Below are positions 39,759 to 49,424 of a DNA stretch of 64,000 nucleotides, one piece after another (positions within the stretch are counted from its first letter, which is position 1; every line of letters begins with the position of its first letter). Made by a program: the position numbers and the translations under genes. This stretch comes from Thermofilaceae archaeon (lineage in GTDB: Archaea > Thermoproteota > Thermoprotei > Thermofilales > Thermofilaceae). Under the pieces are notes generated by a model. That model made no database searches. It was not told where the DNA came from and was given only the letters and a program-made list of their open reading frames with translations. The stretch lies in NCBI GenBank assembly GCA_038861545.1, contig JAWCCZ010000004.1:189182-253181 (forward strand), in the 5' to 3' direction.

Positions 39759-40565
39759 TCAAGCTCCAAAACGCCTCGACCTAGCCTGATAAATTCTTAT
39801 AGCTCTAAGCAAGTCAATCCTTCTGAACTCGGGCCAATATACGTCTAGGAAAACAAGCTCCGAGTAGGCTATTTGCCAGAGTAAAAAATTACTGACTCTT
39901 AGCTCACCGCTGGTCCTTATTACCAGGTCAGGATAAGGGTTGGGTAAGTGTGCGGTTTGCAGATATTTTTCAAATAGCTGTTCATCGACGTTCTCAAGCT
40001 TGATTATGCCTTTCGAAACATCTTCTGCTATCCGCTTAGCTGCTTCAACTATCTCAGCCCTACCCCCGTAGGCTAAAGCGATATTGAGAAACTTTTCATT
40101 GAAAGTCTCTGTCCTAAGTTCCAGCTCCTTTAACGCCGCGGCTATATCGTGCGGTAGAAGTTCAACCCAGCCGATGGCTTTTACTCGAACCTTCCTTTTA
40201 ACTAATTCATTCTCACGTCGCTCTCTCTCCAAGTACTTACGCATTATGTTCAGCAGTAAATCTATCTCTTCTCTCCTCCTCCTAGCAATATTCTCCGTAG
40301 ATAAGGCATATAGGGTAACAGTTTTTATGCCAAGGTCGTAACACCATTTCAAAAAATCCTCTACCCTGCGGGCGCCTTCCTCATAGCCTTTCTCAAGTGG
40401 CACTCCCTCTTCTCTGGCCCACCTCCTATTGCCATCCAAAATCACGGCAACATGTGAAGGAAGTCCATCAGTAGCACTAACTTCGTTCTCCAGTATTTTC
40501 TCGTATAGTATATAAAAACCGAGGGCTGCCGCTCCTTTTCGTAGTAATTTAGATAGCCTCGGCAT
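39759..40565 (-). CDS. uppS: cis-prenyltransferase (UppS family)
   Basis: HVAVILDGNRRWA, YALSTEN, YGGRAE, IRTSGELRVSNFLLWQ, RRFG; start moved to ATG 40565. Confidence 0.95.
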   Translation of the reverse strand: MPRLSKLLRKGAAALGFYILYEKILENEVSATDGLPSHVAVILDGNRRWAREEGVPLEKGYEEGARRVEDFLKWCYDLGIKTVTLYALSTENIARRRREEIDLLLNIMRKYLERERRENELVKRKVRVKAIGWVELLPHDIAAALKELELRTETFNEKFLNIALAYGGRAEIVEAAKRIAEDVSKGIIKLENVDEQLFEKYLQTAHLPNPYPDLVIRTSGELRVSNFLLWQIAYSELVFLDVYWPEFRRIDLLRAIRIYQARSRRFGA

Positions 40566-40587
40566 AGCACCTACCCCGTCAAATTTT

Positions 40588-40884
40588 TTGTCCTCCAAGT
40601 TAACCTTGCCTGTGAACGACAGAACAATTGGACTGCTATTAATGGTTATCTCACTATGCTTCGGAACGCTATATGCGATTTCTTTCTTCTTCTGGATCTC
40701 TTCACTTTGGAACTCATTCGGAGATAAAGCATGGAGTTGGTGGGTTATTGCCTTACCCATAACAGTTATCGTAGGTTTTGCTGTGTTCTTTTTCACTTGG
40801 ATAGGGTGGGTTATGCTGACAGCCTCAAAATCCAAGAAAGAAGAGTTACTGCTTGGATCGGTTATGAAACCTTCTCGCGGATAG
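40588..40884 (+). CDS. small two-TM membrane protein
   Basis: DRTIG...WIGWVM pattern; divergent from the corrected uppS start. Confidence 0.7.
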   Translation: MSSKLTLPVNDRTIGLLLMVISLCFGTLYAISFFFWISSLWNSFGDKAWSWWVIALPITVIVGFAVFFFTWIGWVMLTASKSKKEELLLGSVMKPSRG

Positions 40885-41596
40885 AATAAATATATTGAGT
40901 GATTGTTTCAAAATCTTCTCTTACAGCATCTGATGGTAGTTCAAGTTCATGAGCCTCGTAGTCAACAATAAAATAGCTATCGTAGCCCTGTTGAAGAAGC
41001 TCTCTAACTACGGTAAAGATGTTAATCGTTCCATTAGCGTTGGTTAGCCTGGTTGCTTTCCCACAGGTGACGAAGTTAGTGAGCTTTACTGCTACCACTT
41101 GACTGATATGGCTTAACGTGAGCGCGATAACTTCCTCTGTGGTCGAGGAGGGCGAGGGAGATATCGATAATTTCAGAACACCGCCCAGGTAATTGTACAT
41201 CATGTTAGTCACTTTAGCGATAGTGCTCCTTGTGGGTTCAAGAGCCACGCGCTTTGAGTAGATCACAGCTAGGTGAAACAAGTTCTGCATTGAGCTTGCC
41301 ATCGAGCCTAGATTGTTTTCATCAACAGGTAGGATTGCAAACTCAGCCCCGAGCTCATCCATCAATATCAACAATCTCTCGAGCTCCCCACTCAGGAGTC
41401 CTTCAGTATCACCTGAAGGTTTTACAGCTACTATGTTTAAACCCTCTTCAAGTAAAGGGTCGATTATTTCAAATATATTAAGCTCTATTAACTTAACCGC
41501 AGGCACTATAAGTTCAAACGGCATATTTTTAGGCAGACTTCTTAACCTATTCATTCGGTTAATTGTACCATCATAAAGTATACTGTAGCAGAGCAC
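40862..41596 (-). CDS. divergent xylose isomerase/AP-endonuclease-like TIM barrel protein
   Basis: ELGAEF, VALEP, G.IN...L.QGYDSY; metal ligands partly lost. Confidence 0.55.
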   Translation of the reverse strand: MLCYSILYDGTINRMNRLRSLPKNMPFELIVPAVKLIELNIFEIIDPLLEEGLNIVAVKPSGDTEGLLSGELERLLILMDELGAEFAILPVDENNLGSMASSMQNLFHLAVIYSKRVALEPTRSTIAKVTNMMYNYLGGVLKLSISPSPSSTTEEVIALTLSHISQVVAVKLTNFVTCGKATRLTNANGTINIFTVVRELLQQGYDSYFIVDYEAHELELPSDAVREDFETITQYIYSIREKVS

Positions 41597-41687
41597 GCCG
41601 CTTCCTTGGCCAAAGATACCTCAAGCCTTTAAACTTTTAATTCATAGTAAGGCTTAAACTTATGACTACCTACAAACCTTCGATACT

Positions 41688-42581
41688 ATGCCAGCAGACG
41701 GCGAATCCATAGATCTAGAAACAGTGTATTCTGTGCTGGAAGACCCTATAAAGCGAAAGATCATAGTGTTACTGGCTGAGAAAGGGCCTCTCAGATACCG
41801 TGATCTCCAGAAAGAACTCGGAATAAGCGCTGGAAGCTTCTACTATAATATGAATGCCCTGCGTAGCCAGGGGTACATTCTTCAAGATGAAAGTAGAAAA
41901 TATTCATTGACTGAGAAAGGGGCTGCACTTTATAAAGCCTTGAAAGAGGGGGGAGAAGTTATAAGGCAGGTTTTCACTTCACGTAAGCGTATCATTAACT
42001 TACTTGACAAATACCTTGTATCTTTGATAATACCTATACAGCTTACACTAGTGTTCCATAAAAATTCCCTTATGAGCATCCTAGTGCTAGTTGCTTGTAT
42101 AACTTCAGGGCTAACTGTAACCTTAGCTACAAAACTATCCTTAAAAGTGATTGAAGTCGAGCCCATTCCTCTTCAACAGCCTAAGAGTTTTGGAGTAGTA
42201 ACCCTTCAACCGAACATTCTGCTAGCACTAAGCTACGCCGTAAGCCTCACTCTATGTGCTTTGATGATATACCTGGTAGCGCGCATATTAACAGGTAGGC
42301 GCCCACCTCTTTTGAGCCTTTTCGCTGGCATTGCTTCCTCGCAAGTACCGCTGCAAGCGTATATGGTTATCCAGTATTTACTAACCAATACCTCTTACCC
42401 TAATATTCCAGAACAAACCTTTATAATGCTAGCTGTAACTTTGAGAATTCTGCAAATATTTGTTTTAGGCTTACTAACGGCCACGGTTGCGGTATGCTAC
42501 GATACGTCAAGAGAGAGGGGGTTTCTTGCAGCTTCGATAGTGTTGTATGCGAGCTTCTTTCTTCGGTATTTCCTTCCGTAA
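41688..42581 (+). CDS. ArsR-type wHTH fused to a multi-TM domain (membrane-bound regulator)
   Basis: LEDPIKRKII...YSLTEKG followed by about 6 TM helices. Confidence 0.8.
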   Translation: MPADGESIDLETVYSVLEDPIKRKIIVLLAEKGPLRYRDLQKELGISAGSFYYNMNALRSQGYILQDESRKYSLTEKGAALYKALKEGGEVIRQVFTSRKRIINLLDKYLVSLIIPIQLTLVFHKNSLMSILVLVACITSGLTVTLATKLSLKVIEVEPIPLQQPKSFGVVTLQPNILLALSYAVSLTLCALMIYLVARILTGRRPPLLSLFAGIASSQVPLQAYMVIQYLLTNTSYPNIPEQTFIMLAVTLRILQIFVLGLLTATVAVCYDTSRERGFLAASIVLYASFFLRYFLP

Positions 42582-42721
42582 ATAGAGGAAAACTATTGTT
42601 ACAGGCATTCGTGCAAGTTTTCACATAATTTTAACATACTTGACCTTTAATCCTAAGCACCTTTACAGGGTTAGCTAATATTTTACAAGCCAAGAATATG
42701 AAAAACAATTATTTGCCTCGA

Positions 42722-43126
42722 TCACTTGAAAGGCCTAAACTTTATTCCGTATTCTATGATTCCGTTAGATGCTTGTTCCCTATATTTCCTGAAAACTGCC
42801 ACTACCTCCATACCCTCTTTTACATCCTCCGGATTCACATCTGTTAATTGCGATAAAACCCTAGCCCCATTCTCCAGTTCAATTACTGCTACAACATAGG
42901 GTTCTTTTCCTTCAAAATCCGTCGGGGGGTGTCTGACAACAGAGAAAGTTACTACTTTACCATACCTCGGTAATTCAACCGGCTCCAAGTTTTCTGCTCC
43001 ACAGTAGGGGCACGTACTCCTATGCGGGTAGACGATGGTGCTGCATTTCCCGCATTTTCCTCCGATCAACCTGTACTTCTTAACCCTCTCTCTCCAGAAT
43101 CTGGGTACACTTTCACTCCATACCAT
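42722..43126 (-). CDS. DUF35 Zn-ribbon/OB-fold scaffold of the thiolase-HMGS complex
   Basis: CGKC...CPYC, IIEYGIKFRP; operon context. Confidence 0.93.
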   Translation of the reverse strand: MVWSESVPRFWRERVKKYRLIGGKCGKCSTIVYPHRSTCPYCGAENLEPVELPRYGKVVTFSVVRHPPTDFEGKEPYVVAVIELENGARVLSQLTDVNPEDVKEGMEVVAVFRKYREQASNGIIEYGIKFRPFK

Positions 43127-44302
43127 TTACCTCACCCTCCTCAATAAGTGCACAACAGTTGTACCTGCTACACCGCCAAAGTTTCCAGCTAAACCTATTT
43201 CAGCATCGTCAACTTGATTCGATCCAGCTCTCCCCGTTAATTGGGTAAATAAGTCAAAAATTTGGTAAACTCCAGTGGCTCCAACTGGGTGGCCCCTAGC
43301 CTTTAAGCCACCCATAGTGTTCGTTGGAATTTTACCTCCAGGAGCCAGTTGCCCCTCCACTACTAAGCGCCACCCTTCTCCGCGGGGAGCGAATCCCAGT
43401 TCCTCGAGCGTAAGAATACCAAGTATAGTGAATGCATCATGTGCTTCTAAGACATTTATGTCTTCTGGTTTAACCTTTGCACGTTTTAGAGCTTCATCAG
43501 CAGCCTTGCGAAATGACGTAATAGTATCCAAGTCCTTTCTCTCGTGCACGCTAAATATGTCTGTGGCCGCTGTACTAGCGACAATTTCTATCAATTCATC
43601 GCGTGGGCTTCCTTTCAAGTATTTTTCATTGCAAAGTATAAGCGCTGCAGCTCCATCGCCTGTAGGAGCACACTCGAGAAGTCTTATTGGATCGGCGATT
43701 AAGGGAGAATTCATTACATCTTCTAGCTTCACCTCACGTCTAAATTGAGCATAGGGGTTTGCTACAGCCATCTTATGACAATGCACGGCGAACTGCGCTA
43801 CATGCTCCTGCTTGACCCTGTATTTCGAAAGATAATACCTGTATACCATTGCATTTAATGCCACGAAAGTGGCTCCAACGGAGACTGTGTATTCCTGGTC
43901 TTCAGCTGTCAGGAGGGCGGCCGTAACATCGCTGGGGAGAGCGTCAGTCATTTTTTCGACGCCCACAACAGCTACGCAATCGTAAGCTCCTGAAGCTACA
44001 GCTAAAAACGCTTGATGAACCGCTGCGCCACCGCTTGCACAAGCCGCTTCAACTTTGAACGCGGGAGTACCCGCCACTCCTGACCACGTAGCTATTAGTG
44101 AACCTAAATGCTCCTGTCCCTGTAGCTCGCCTGACATCATGTTACCGACGTAAAGTGCTTTTACTTCCCGTTTATCAATGCCGGCATCTTTAGTAGCTGC
44201 TAGCAAAGCCTCGGCAGCAAGTTCCCTAAGCGACTTACCCCAGTGCTCACCGACCTTAGTTGCACCAGCTCCAAGAATGAATACCCTCTCCACCATGCTC
44301 AC
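43127..44302 (-). CDS. acetoacetyl-CoA thiolase
   Basis: EAACASG, DGAAA, EAHDAFT, GHPVGATG. Confidence 0.95.
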   Translation of the reverse strand: MSMVERVFILGAGATKVGEHWGKSLRELAAEALLAATKDAGIDKREVKALYVGNMMSGELQGQEHLGSLIATWSGVAGTPAFKVEAACASGGAAVHQAFLAVASGAYDCVAVVGVEKMTDALPSDVTAALLTAEDQEYTVSVGATFVALNAMVYRYYLSKYRVKQEHVAQFAVHCHKMAVANPYAQFRREVKLEDVMNSPLIADPIRLLECAPTGDGAAALILCNEKYLKGSPRDELIEIVASTAATDIFSVHERKDLDTITSFRKAADEALKRAKVKPEDINVLEAHDAFTILGILTLEELGFAPRGEGWRLVVEGQLAPGGKIPTNTMGGLKARGHPVGATGVYQIFDLFTQLTGRAGSNQVDDAEIGLAGNFGGVAGTTVVHLLRRVR

Positions 44303-45327
44303 CTCAATAAACCTTTAAATTTCACGTAAGTTCCATAATCCACGTAGATTTTTCGCTCCAAGAATAAATCTAATGAGCTTCTATGTTTTCCAGCACCTTC
44401 CCTTGTGACTAAGCTGATAGCATCCGACCCTGCACCCGACCCAAAGGATACAACGAGTATCCTTTGGCCTGGCTTTGCCTGATCGAGTACCCTAACTAAA
44501 CCGATAAGTGAGGCGGCAGCGTAAGTATTACCTATCTTGTCACAGAGGATTCCTGTCTTAACTTGTTCAACAGAAAATCCGAGCTGCTGAGCTGCTCTTA
44601 ACGGAAAACGCACATTCGGTTGATGGAAAACCACGTAGTCGAAATCGCTCGGTTTTAAGCCGGTTTCCTCCATCAAACCCTTTGCCGCGGAAATCACATG
44701 GTGAAAATAGGCTGGTTCTCCAGTAAACCTGTATGTATGCCTAGGGTATCTCTCCCCTTCTCTGCGCCAGAAATCCGGAGTGTCAGTTACATATGAAAAA
44801 ACATGCTCGATTTCGGCGATACTCTCACTGCTCGACTCAGAGAGCAGAAAAGCTGCCGCGCCAGCGCCTGCAGTATACTCAAGCTCGTCACCGGGCTTCG
44901 CTTGCGCGTTGTCGGTACCTATAGCTAAACCATGTTTAATCGCCTTACTGGCCACTAAACCGGAAATAAGTATCAAAGCTGTCGTACCCGCCTTACAGGC
45001 AAACTCCATATCTATCGCGACTACTCTAGGCGTAACCCCGAGTGCTTCAGATATCACCGTAGCCGAGGGTTTAACGGCGTAAGGTGGTGATTCCGACCCC
45101 ACAATCACAGCGCCTATATCCTCGCGATTAACGCCAGACATTGCGATAGCCTCTCTAGCCGCCTCAAAGGCCATTGTGAGAGAATCCTCGTCGAGCCCTG
45201 GCAAACTTTTTTCCTCGACGGGAGACTCCTCTCCTCCCCATACCCGCTCTATTTCAGTATCTTTAATCCTATACACTGGGACATATACACCGTAACCGGA
45301 TATTCCGATTTTTGTCGAAAAATCCAT
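44299..45327 (-). CDS. hydroxymethylglutaryl-CoA synthase
   Basis: GSESPPYAVKP, EFACKAGT, FHQPN, SFGSGAGSD. Confidence 0.96.
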   Translation of the reverse strand: MDFSTKIGISGYGVYVPVYRIKDTEIERVWGGEESPVEEKSLPGLDEDSLTMAFEAAREAIAMSGVNREDIGAVIVGSESPPYAVKPSATVISEALGVTPRVVAIDMEFACKAGTTALILISGLVASKAIKHGLAIGTDNAQAKPGDELEYTAGAGAAAFLLSESSSESIAEIEHVFSYVTDTPDFWRREGERYPRHTYRFTGEPAYFHHVISAAKGLMEETGLKPSDFDYVVFHQPNVRFPLRAAQQLGFSVEQVKTGILCDKIGNTYAAASLIGLVRVLDQAKPGQRILVVSFGSGAGSDAISLVTREGAGKHRSSLDLFLERKIYVDYGTYVKFKGLLR

Positions 45328-45394
45328 CGCTATTCATAGAGGGATTATAAAGGACGTATTTTAGGGATGCTAACTCTCTGCATTTAAAAAGGCA

Positions 45395-45946
45395 GTGTTT
45401 CACAGCCTTACGATGGAGGGATTAGTAACGCTGAAGAGCAGGGTACGGGTATATCCCATCTTTATGGTAATGCTTCTGGCAATGATAGCGGCGGGCTCAC
45501 TGCTACCGGCTCCCTACGAACTGTTGCATGATAGGTACACTCGGTACAATGAGTACTATAAAGACATAGCTAAAAAACGGCTTGAGGAACGAGTTTATAG
45601 TATCTTTTTTAATAACCTGGGCGCTGGGTTGCTGATGCTGACCCCTGTTGTGGGGCCGTTTTTCGCCACACAGATATGCTTGGAAACAGGTTTAACGCTA
45701 AGAGCCATCGCCCTAGTTGAATATAGAAATCTAGGGCTGCTATTACTGACCTTAGTATTCCTACCAATCACATGGAGTGAAATGCTAGCTTACGCAGTAG
45801 CTCTTACAGAGAGCGCCTGGTTGAGCAGGGCACTGATTAAAAGAGAAAACATTAACCTTGCTTTAACCGCATCCCTTTTACTGCTTTCATCGGCTTTGTT
45901 ACTCCTTTCAGCCACATTTGAAGCACTACATATGATCATGCCTTAA
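45395..45946 (+). CDS. SpoIIM/DUF95-like membrane protein
   Basis: IFFNN, E.LAY, SATFEA. Confidence 0.75.
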   Translation: MFHSLTMEGLVTLKSRVRVYPIFMVMLLAMIAAGSLLPAPYELLHDRYTRYNEYYKDIAKKRLEERVYSIFFNNLGAGLLMLTPVVGPFFATQICLETGLTLRAIALVEYRNLGLLLLTLVFLPITWSEMLAYAVALTESAWLSRALIKRENINLALTASLLLLSSALLLLSATFEALHMIMP

Positions 45947-46050
45947 CTAAGCAAGCTAAGTTACTTACGGATGGGTGGAGATTAGTCGTTCCTGCTCTAC
46001 TAAGATTTTGCTTAAATAAGCCCTACTATTGCCTATTTTCGGCGGAGAAA

Positions 46051-47283
46051 ATGCTGGAGGAATTAGGAATTAAAACTTTGGATGATGTAGAAGTTTCGGG
46101 AAAAAGAGTATTCGTGAGGGTTGACATTAACTCTCCGGTAGATCCAGCAACCAAGAAAGTCCTCGATGATAGTAGGATCAGGGAGCATGCAGAATCCACA
46201 CTAAAGGACCTCGTAATGAGGAAAGCCAAGGTAGTAGTTTTAGCCCATCAGGGCCGCAAAGGTGATCCCGACTTTATAAGTTTAAAACAGCACTCGGAAA
46301 TACTGAGTAAAATCCTAAACCTTAAAGTGAAGTTCGTCGAAGATATTTTTGGTGATAAAGCTAAAGCAGCTATCCAAAGCCTCAGAGAAGGAGAAATCCT
46401 TTTACTCGAAAACGTCAGGATGTGGGACGGTGAAACTAAAACAGCGAAGGCGGAAGAACATGCTAAAACTGATCTAGTTAGAAACTTAGCTCCGTACGTA
46501 GAAATCTTCGCCGTAGACGCGTTTGCGGCAGCGCATCGAGCACATGTCTCCCTTGTAGGTTTCATGCCAGCGGCGAAGCATGTGGTTGCAGGCAGGGTAA
46601 TGGAGCGGGAGCTCAGGGCTTTAGCTAAAGTAAGAGCAAAACCAGAAAGACCGTGTGTATATGTGCTCGGAGGAGCGAAGGCGGAAGACGCTGCTGACAT
46701 AGCTGAAGCTGTGTTATCCCAAGGCATTGCTGATACGGTCTTAACGGGAGGACTAGTAGCAAACGTCTTCCTCGTGGCTAATGGGCTAGACCTTGGAGCT
46801 CCGAATATTAAGGTACTCGAAGAAAAGGGGTTCATGGAGCTCGTTCCCCGCTTCAGAGAAGTATTAAGCAAATTTAGGACTCAAATAAAGCTTCCTGTCG
46901 ACTTAGCTGTTGACGTGAATGGGAGGAGGTTTGAAATCGGTATTGACAAGCTACCCTCGGAAGGTTTAATCAAGGACATCGGCACGAAGACTGCCGAGGA
47001 GTATGCAAAAGTAATAACTGGAGCTAAAAGCCTTGTAATGAATGGCCCGATGGGCATATTTGAAGTTGAAGAGTTCGCCTACGGTACTAGAAGAGTGTTT
47101 GAAGCTATAGCCTCATCAAAGGCTTTCAGCGTTATTGGCGGGGGTCACACAATCGCTGCAGCAGTGAAACTCGGTTACACCAGTAAAGTATCCCACGTGA
47201 GCACTGCCGGTGGAGCGTTAATGGAGTTCCTCAGCAAAGGTTCGCTACCAGTGGTGGAAGAGCTGAAAAGATTCAGCAAATAA
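46051..47283 (+). CDS. pgk: phosphoglycerate kinase
   Basis: RVDINSP, AHQGR, LLENVR, DAFAAAHR, NGPMG, STAGGA. Confidence 0.97.
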   Translation: MLEELGIKTLDDVEVSGKRVFVRVDINSPVDPATKKVLDDSRIREHAESTLKDLVMRKAKVVVLAHQGRKGDPDFISLKQHSEILSKILNLKVKFVEDIFGDKAKAAIQSLREGEILLLENVRMWDGETKTAKAEEHAKTDLVRNLAPYVEIFAVDAFAAAHRAHVSLVGFMPAAKHVVAGRVMERELRALAKVRAKPERPCVYVLGGAKAEDAADIAEAVLSQGIADTVLTGGLVANVFLVANGLDLGAPNIKVLEEKGFMELVPRFREVLSKFRTQIKLPVDLAVDVNGRRFEIGIDKLPSEGLIKDIGTKTAEEYAKVITGAKSLVMNGPMGIFEVEEFAYGTRRVFEAIASSKAFSVIGGGHTIAAAVKLGYTSKVSHVSTAGGALMEFLSKGSLPVVEELKRFSK

Positions 47284-47322
47284 CGGAATCTTTTTCTATT
47301 TCTTTCTCAGGTTTAGATCGTT

Positions 47323-48078
47323 ATGAATGAATGGTTATTCCACGAGCTAGAAGAGGTTCCTAAAGCGGAATATCTGATAGTCGGTATGCCGGATGTGGGG
47401 TTAGTCGGCCTAATAGCTTCCACGTATTTAGTTAAAGAGGTGAAGGCTAGTGTCGTGGCCTACCTGGACTCGCAACACCTGCCACCGGTAATTCAGTACC
47501 ATGAAGCCAGGCCATATCCTGTTATGAGGGTTCACCGGCATGCAGGAGATGGGAAAAAACATCTGCTACTGGTTAGCGAAGTTCCATTTAACCCAGCGGG
47601 TTACCAGTCCTTTGCCGATGAACTAGTCAAATGGATTAAGTCAAAAGAAGTGAACCGAACAATACTCCTCGGAGGGGTACCGACGCCCCAAAGGATGAAG
47701 CTTGAAAAACCCAGCGTTTACTGTGCCGGTGTTACAGAGGATGACTTGAAAGAAATAGAGAAAGCAGGGCTCAACCTTTTCAAAGAAGGTTACATCAGTG
47801 GACCTTACGCTCAGATATTAAAAGAGTGCTTCAAGCGTTCTATTAACTGTGTAGCGCTTTTCGCTGAATCGTTTCTCAATTACCCAGATCCCGGAGCGGC
47901 TGCCGCGGTGATTTTAGCTTTAAGCTCGCTCACTGGAATAAAAGTTAGCGTTGAACCTTTGCTTGAACAGGAAGAGGAGATTAGGGTTAAGTTAAGGGAA
48001 ACCATGAAAAGAACTATGGAGACTATGCAGGAGTCTGGAAAAGCTTACGAGTACACCGTACCGGCTATGTACCTGTGA
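47323..48078 (+). CDS. PAC2-family proteasome assembly chaperone homologue
   Basis: GMPDVGLVG, YPDPGAAA, C-terminal HbYX-like MYL. Confidence 0.88.
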   Translation: MNEWLFHELEEVPKAEYLIVGMPDVGLVGLIASTYLVKEVKASVVAYLDSQHLPPVIQYHEARPYPVMRVHRHAGDGKKHLLLVSEVPFNPAGYQSFADELVKWIKSKEVNRTILLGGVPTPQRMKLEKPSVYCAGVTEDDLKEIEKAGLNLFKEGYISGPYAQILKECFKRSINCVALFAESFLNYPDPGAAAAVILALSSLTGIKVSVEPLLEQEEEIRVKLRETMKRTMETMQESGKAYEYTVPAMYL

Positions 48079-48091
48079 GAGGTGAAGTACT

Positions 48092-48511
48092 ATGGAGGAA
48101 TGGTTTGAAGAAACCATGAGAGAAATGAGGCGAGAGATTAGAAGGTTTATGAGGGAATTCGAAGAATTGTTAAAACCCCTAATAGATACTGATACCGGTG
48201 AGATTGAACCGCTATACGAGGTTCTAAAGGGACCTGATAAAATAACAATTAGAGTTGACCTTCCAAGAGTCCGGAGAGAGGATATAGAAATATATAGAAC
48301 AGAAGACCGATTAATAGTTAGAGCTAAGATGAGTAACCCGTTAAACTTATGCGACATCCCCGCTTACTCGGGTTGTGAGATCAGGGGTTATAGGTTAGAC
48401 CTTGAACTACCACCGAACGTGGATACAGAACGTATCCAAGCAATTTATAGGAAAGGTTACTTGGAGATCATTTTACCCAAGCATAAAGCTTACAGAGTCA
48501 AAGTTGAATGA
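48092..48511 (+). CDS. small heat-shock protein (Hsp20)
   Basis: VDLP.V, LP..VD..RI.A.YRKGYLEI.LPK. Confidence 0.9.
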   Translation: MEEWFEETMREMRREIRRFMREFEELLKPLIDTDTGEIEPLYEVLKGPDKITIRVDLPRVRREDIEIYRTEDRLIVRAKMSNPLNLCDIPAYSGCEIRGYRLDLELPPNVDTERIQAIYRKGYLEIILPKHKAYRVKVE

Positions 48512-48514
48512 AAA

Positions 48515-49228
48515 CTAAATACTGCGTAACGCTTGGAGTAACTCCTCAATGTCCTTAATCTGGCATACAGCTAGCGGTACACTCTCTCTTCTGGCTATTT
48601 CGATAGCCAGCTCATCGGGTTTTCCTACCCCCTGCATCACCACAAGAGCTGGTCGTAAACCACCCATGCCCGCCTGCATTGATTTAACAGCAACCATCGG
48701 GCTCCTGCCCAGCATAACACCAGTGAAAATAGCGGCTCTCTGAGTCGTAGCCCCATAAAGCCTGATGTACTCGGTCGCAGGCACTTCAACAACCAGCTTC
48801 ATACTGTCTACAACTGTGTAACCCAGTAAAAGTTCTTTACCAGTTCCAACAATTAAGTTAGCGTTAATCCGTTTACAGAATTCTCCTGATTCTATCGGCT
48901 CTTCAAACTCCCTTATGTCTAGAATTGCATCCCTTAGCTTCTCGGAACCTGCCATAAGTACTGAGAGCGACCTTAGAGTATAGCCTCCTCTTTCCATATC
49001 AATTTTTACAAGGCTTTCTACAAACCTTTTCAGAAACCTAGTTCCTGGGGATCTTCTCCTCCCGCTCTCGTAGTCGCTTACAACCGACGCTGAAACTCCC
49101 ATAGCCTCAGCGAGCTCGATCTGAGCAATTCGGAACTGCTCTCGCCATTTACGCATCGACCTGCCCGGCGAAGGAGAGAGTACTATATCTCCTATAATAC
49201 GTGCGGCTACTTCCCTCCAAGCCTCCAT
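48515..49228 (-). CDS. XRE-HTH transcriptional regulator (COG1709-like)
   Basis: MRKWRE, SDYESGRRRSPG, GYTVVDS, GRSPMVA. Confidence 0.88.
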   Translation of the reverse strand: MEAWREVAARIIGDIVLSPSPGRSMRKWREQFRIAQIELAEAMGVSASVVSDYESGRRRSPGTRFLKRFVESLVKIDMERGGYTLRSLSVLMAGSEKLRDAILDIREFEEPIESGEFCKRINANLIVGTGKELLLGYTVVDSMKLVVEVPATEYIRLYGATTQRAAIFTGVMLGRSPMVAVKSMQAGMGGLRPALVVMQGVGKPDELAIEIARRESVPLAVCQIKDIEELLQALRSI

Positions 49229-49308
49229 ACTGGTTGAAAGTTCCGACGGTCTTATATAAGGGATCGCGCTGGTGTTACTCTAACTTACTAATATTGAAGT
49301 TTAAAGTA

Positions 49309-49369
49309 GCGGCCAATGATGACGCTCGAAAGGTATGACCTATGATGGCCCCGGGCAAGGCTGAGCCGC
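49309..49369 (+). ncRNA. C/D box methylation-guide sRNA
   Basis: GCGGC-ca-AUGAUGA(C, 49316-22)-12 nt-AUGA(D')-ccu-AUGAUGG(C')-12 nt-CUGA(D, 49361-64)-GCCGC with terminal stem. Confidence 0.92.
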
Positions 49370-49424
49370 GCTACCCCATTTTTCTTTAAAACTAAGATTT
49401 ATTTACTCCCATGGACAACGCCTC

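Noticed and set aside
40566-40835. 90-aa N-terminal extension of UppS in the ORF track
   Set aside because: Antisense shadow of the membrane-protein gene at 40588-40884
46248-46871. Long antisense ORFs (this one and similar ones opposite thiolase, AcnX, TIP49 and NFACT)
   Set aside because: Ser/Thr-rich mirror frames of well-supported genes, with no motifs
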